Shown: positions 14,490 to 15,703 of the stretch, piece by piece
Layout: each line of letters begins with the position of its first letter
Position numbering within the stretch: the stretch's first letter is position 1
Origin: Candidatus Krumholzibacteriia bacterium
Lineage (GTDB): Bacteria; Krumholzibacteriota; Krumholzibacteriia; LZORAL124-64-63
Assembly: GCA_036351155.1 (NCBI GenBank)
Contig: JAZBOO010000032.1
Location: forward strand, 1-15,703
Direction: 5' to 3'
DNA: 15,703 nt
Notes under the pieces: model-generated
Told to the model about the DNA's origin: nothing
Seen by the model: only the letters and a program-made list of their open reading frames with translations
Databases searched by the model: none
Translations under genes and position numbers: made by a program

Positions 14490-15657
14490 GGCCTTCGTCA
14501 ACTTCCTGTTCCTGATCCTGCATCGGCACCGCGCGGCCCACGCAGGCGTGTTCGTGCTGGGGGCGCTTTTGGCCGCCATTCTGGCCGCTGTTCTGATGCT
14601 GACCCGTGCCGTTCAGGACGATCTGCACACCACCCTGGCGATGCAACCGGACATCGTGGTGCAGCAGGTGCGCGGGGGAAAACAGGTGGATCTTCCCGCG
14701 GCCTGGGCCTCGGATTTCGCCCTCCTGCCCGGTGTGCGCGCGGCGGTTCCCCGGGTGTTCGGCCGCTACTTCCATGAACCCAACGGCGTGTATTTCACGG
14801 TGGTGGGAGTGGACTTCTTTGCCGAGCAGGCGGGAGCAGATCTGGGCGCGCTGATCGATGGGCTGGACCTGCGGGCCTTCCTGGACGAACCCAGCCTGGT
14901 GGCAGGAGCCGGGGTGCGTCAGTTCCTGGACCAGAACTTCTACAATGACAGTTACACCTTCAAGACACCCCAGGCGGTCAGTGTGGAGGTGAAGGTGCTG
15001 GCCACCTTGCCCGAGGCCGCCGGTCTGGTGGGCCACGACCTGGTGATCATGGACATCGACCTGGCCCGGCGCATCCTGGGTATGGCCGGGGACCGGGCCA
15101 CCGACATTGCCCTGAGCGTGCCCAATGAGCTGGCCACCGACGCGGTGATGGGCAAGCTCATTCAGAGGCACTACGACATCCGGGTGATCCAGAAGAAGGA
15201 GCTGGCCACGGCCTACGACAACCTGTTCAACTTCAAGGGCGGGGTGTTTCTGCTGCTGTGGCTGGTCAGCCTGGCGGCCTTTGTGCTGGTTCTGTATCAG
15301 CGGTACAGCCGGATCAGCGGGGATGAGCGGCGGGAGATTGGCATCTTGCGCGCCACCGGCTGGAGCATTGGCCAGGTCATCAACCTGAAGCTGGCCGAGA
15401 ATGCGGTGGTGGGCCTATCCGCCTGGCTGCTGGGCACCTGCCTGGGCTACGTGTATGTGTTCTTCCTGCAGGCGCCGGGTCTGGCCCAGGTTTTCATGGG
15501 GATGGGCAACCTGCCGGTGGCCCTGCCCTTGACGCCCACGCTGGCGCTCGACCGTCTGGTTCTGCTTCTCCTGTTCTACCTGGTGCCCTACCTGGCCGCG
15601 GTTCTGGTGCCGGTGTGGAAGCTGGCCGTGACCGAGCCGGTGGAGGTCATGAAATGA
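14479..15657 (+). CDS. ABC transporter permease, FtsX/MacB/LolE family
   Basis: One N-terminal TM helix, a large periplasmic domain, the ERREIGILRATGWS motif, three C-terminal TM helices and a PVEVMK end. Start MGARAF. Confidence 0.92.
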   Translation: MGARAFVNFLFLILHRHRAAHAGVFVLGALLAAILAAVLMLTRAVQDDLHTTLAMQPDIVVQQVRGGKQVDLPAAWASDFALLPGVRAAVPRVFGRYFHEPNGVYFTVVGVDFFAEQAGADLGALIDGLDLRAFLDEPSLVAGAGVRQFLDQNFYNDSYTFKTPQAVSVEVKVLATLPEAAGLVGHDLVIMDIDLARRILGMAGDRATDIALSVPNELATDAVMGKLIQRHYDIRVIQKKELATAYDNLFNFKGGVFLLLWLVSLAAFVLVLYQRYSRISGDERREIGILRATGWSIGQVINLKLAENAVVGLSAWLLGTCLGYVYVFFLQAPGLAQVFMGMGNLPVALPLTPTLALDRLVLLLLFYLVPYLAAVLVPVWKLAVTEPVEVMK

Positions 15658-15703
15658 TCCTCCTGCAGGGCGTGGACAGGATTTACAACGCCGGCCGACC
15701 CGA
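15654..15703 (+). CDS. ABC transporter ATP-binding protein (LolD-like), N-terminal fragment
   Basis: ATGA overlap with the permease stop. MILLQGVDRIYNAGRP resembles the start of LolD/MacB-type ATPases. Only 16 codons are visible. Confidence 0.65.
   Translation, partial: MILLQGVDRIYNAGRP

Overview
GC-rich bacterial chromosomal window of mostly housekeeping and accessory genes. The FlgD-Ig/PNPFNP-type C-terminus suggests an FCB-group organism such as Krumholzibacteriota or Latescibacterota, but this is an inference only. From left to right: the 5' end of a secreted N-terminal monoheme cytochrome c (Cyc2-like start, missed by the ORF track); a secreted repeat-propeller/dockerin-like/FlgD-CTD protein; a divergent Crp/Fnr regulator with a GTGAC-N4-GTCAC palindrome upstream; a STAS anti-anti-sigma factor; a long-chain acyl-CoA synthetase; an ICMT/MddA-like membrane methyltransferase; an exported TPR protein; a rubrerythrin-like ferritin-fold protein; a DUF222-like HNH endonuclease; a tandem-domain adenylate kinase; a DUF123 GIY-YIG-like protein; a single-chain homoaconitase; and a tandem-NosL + small membrane protein + ABC permease + ABC ATPase operon that runs off the right edge. 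The most unusual signals are: (i) the same 18-bp palindrome upstream of and inside the HNH gene; (ii) a perfect 10-bp anti-Shine-Dalgarno repeat that could sequester the adk ribosome-binding site; (iii) an adenylate kinase with a degenerate second domain; (iv) the Crp-linked secreted-protein/cytochrome unit.
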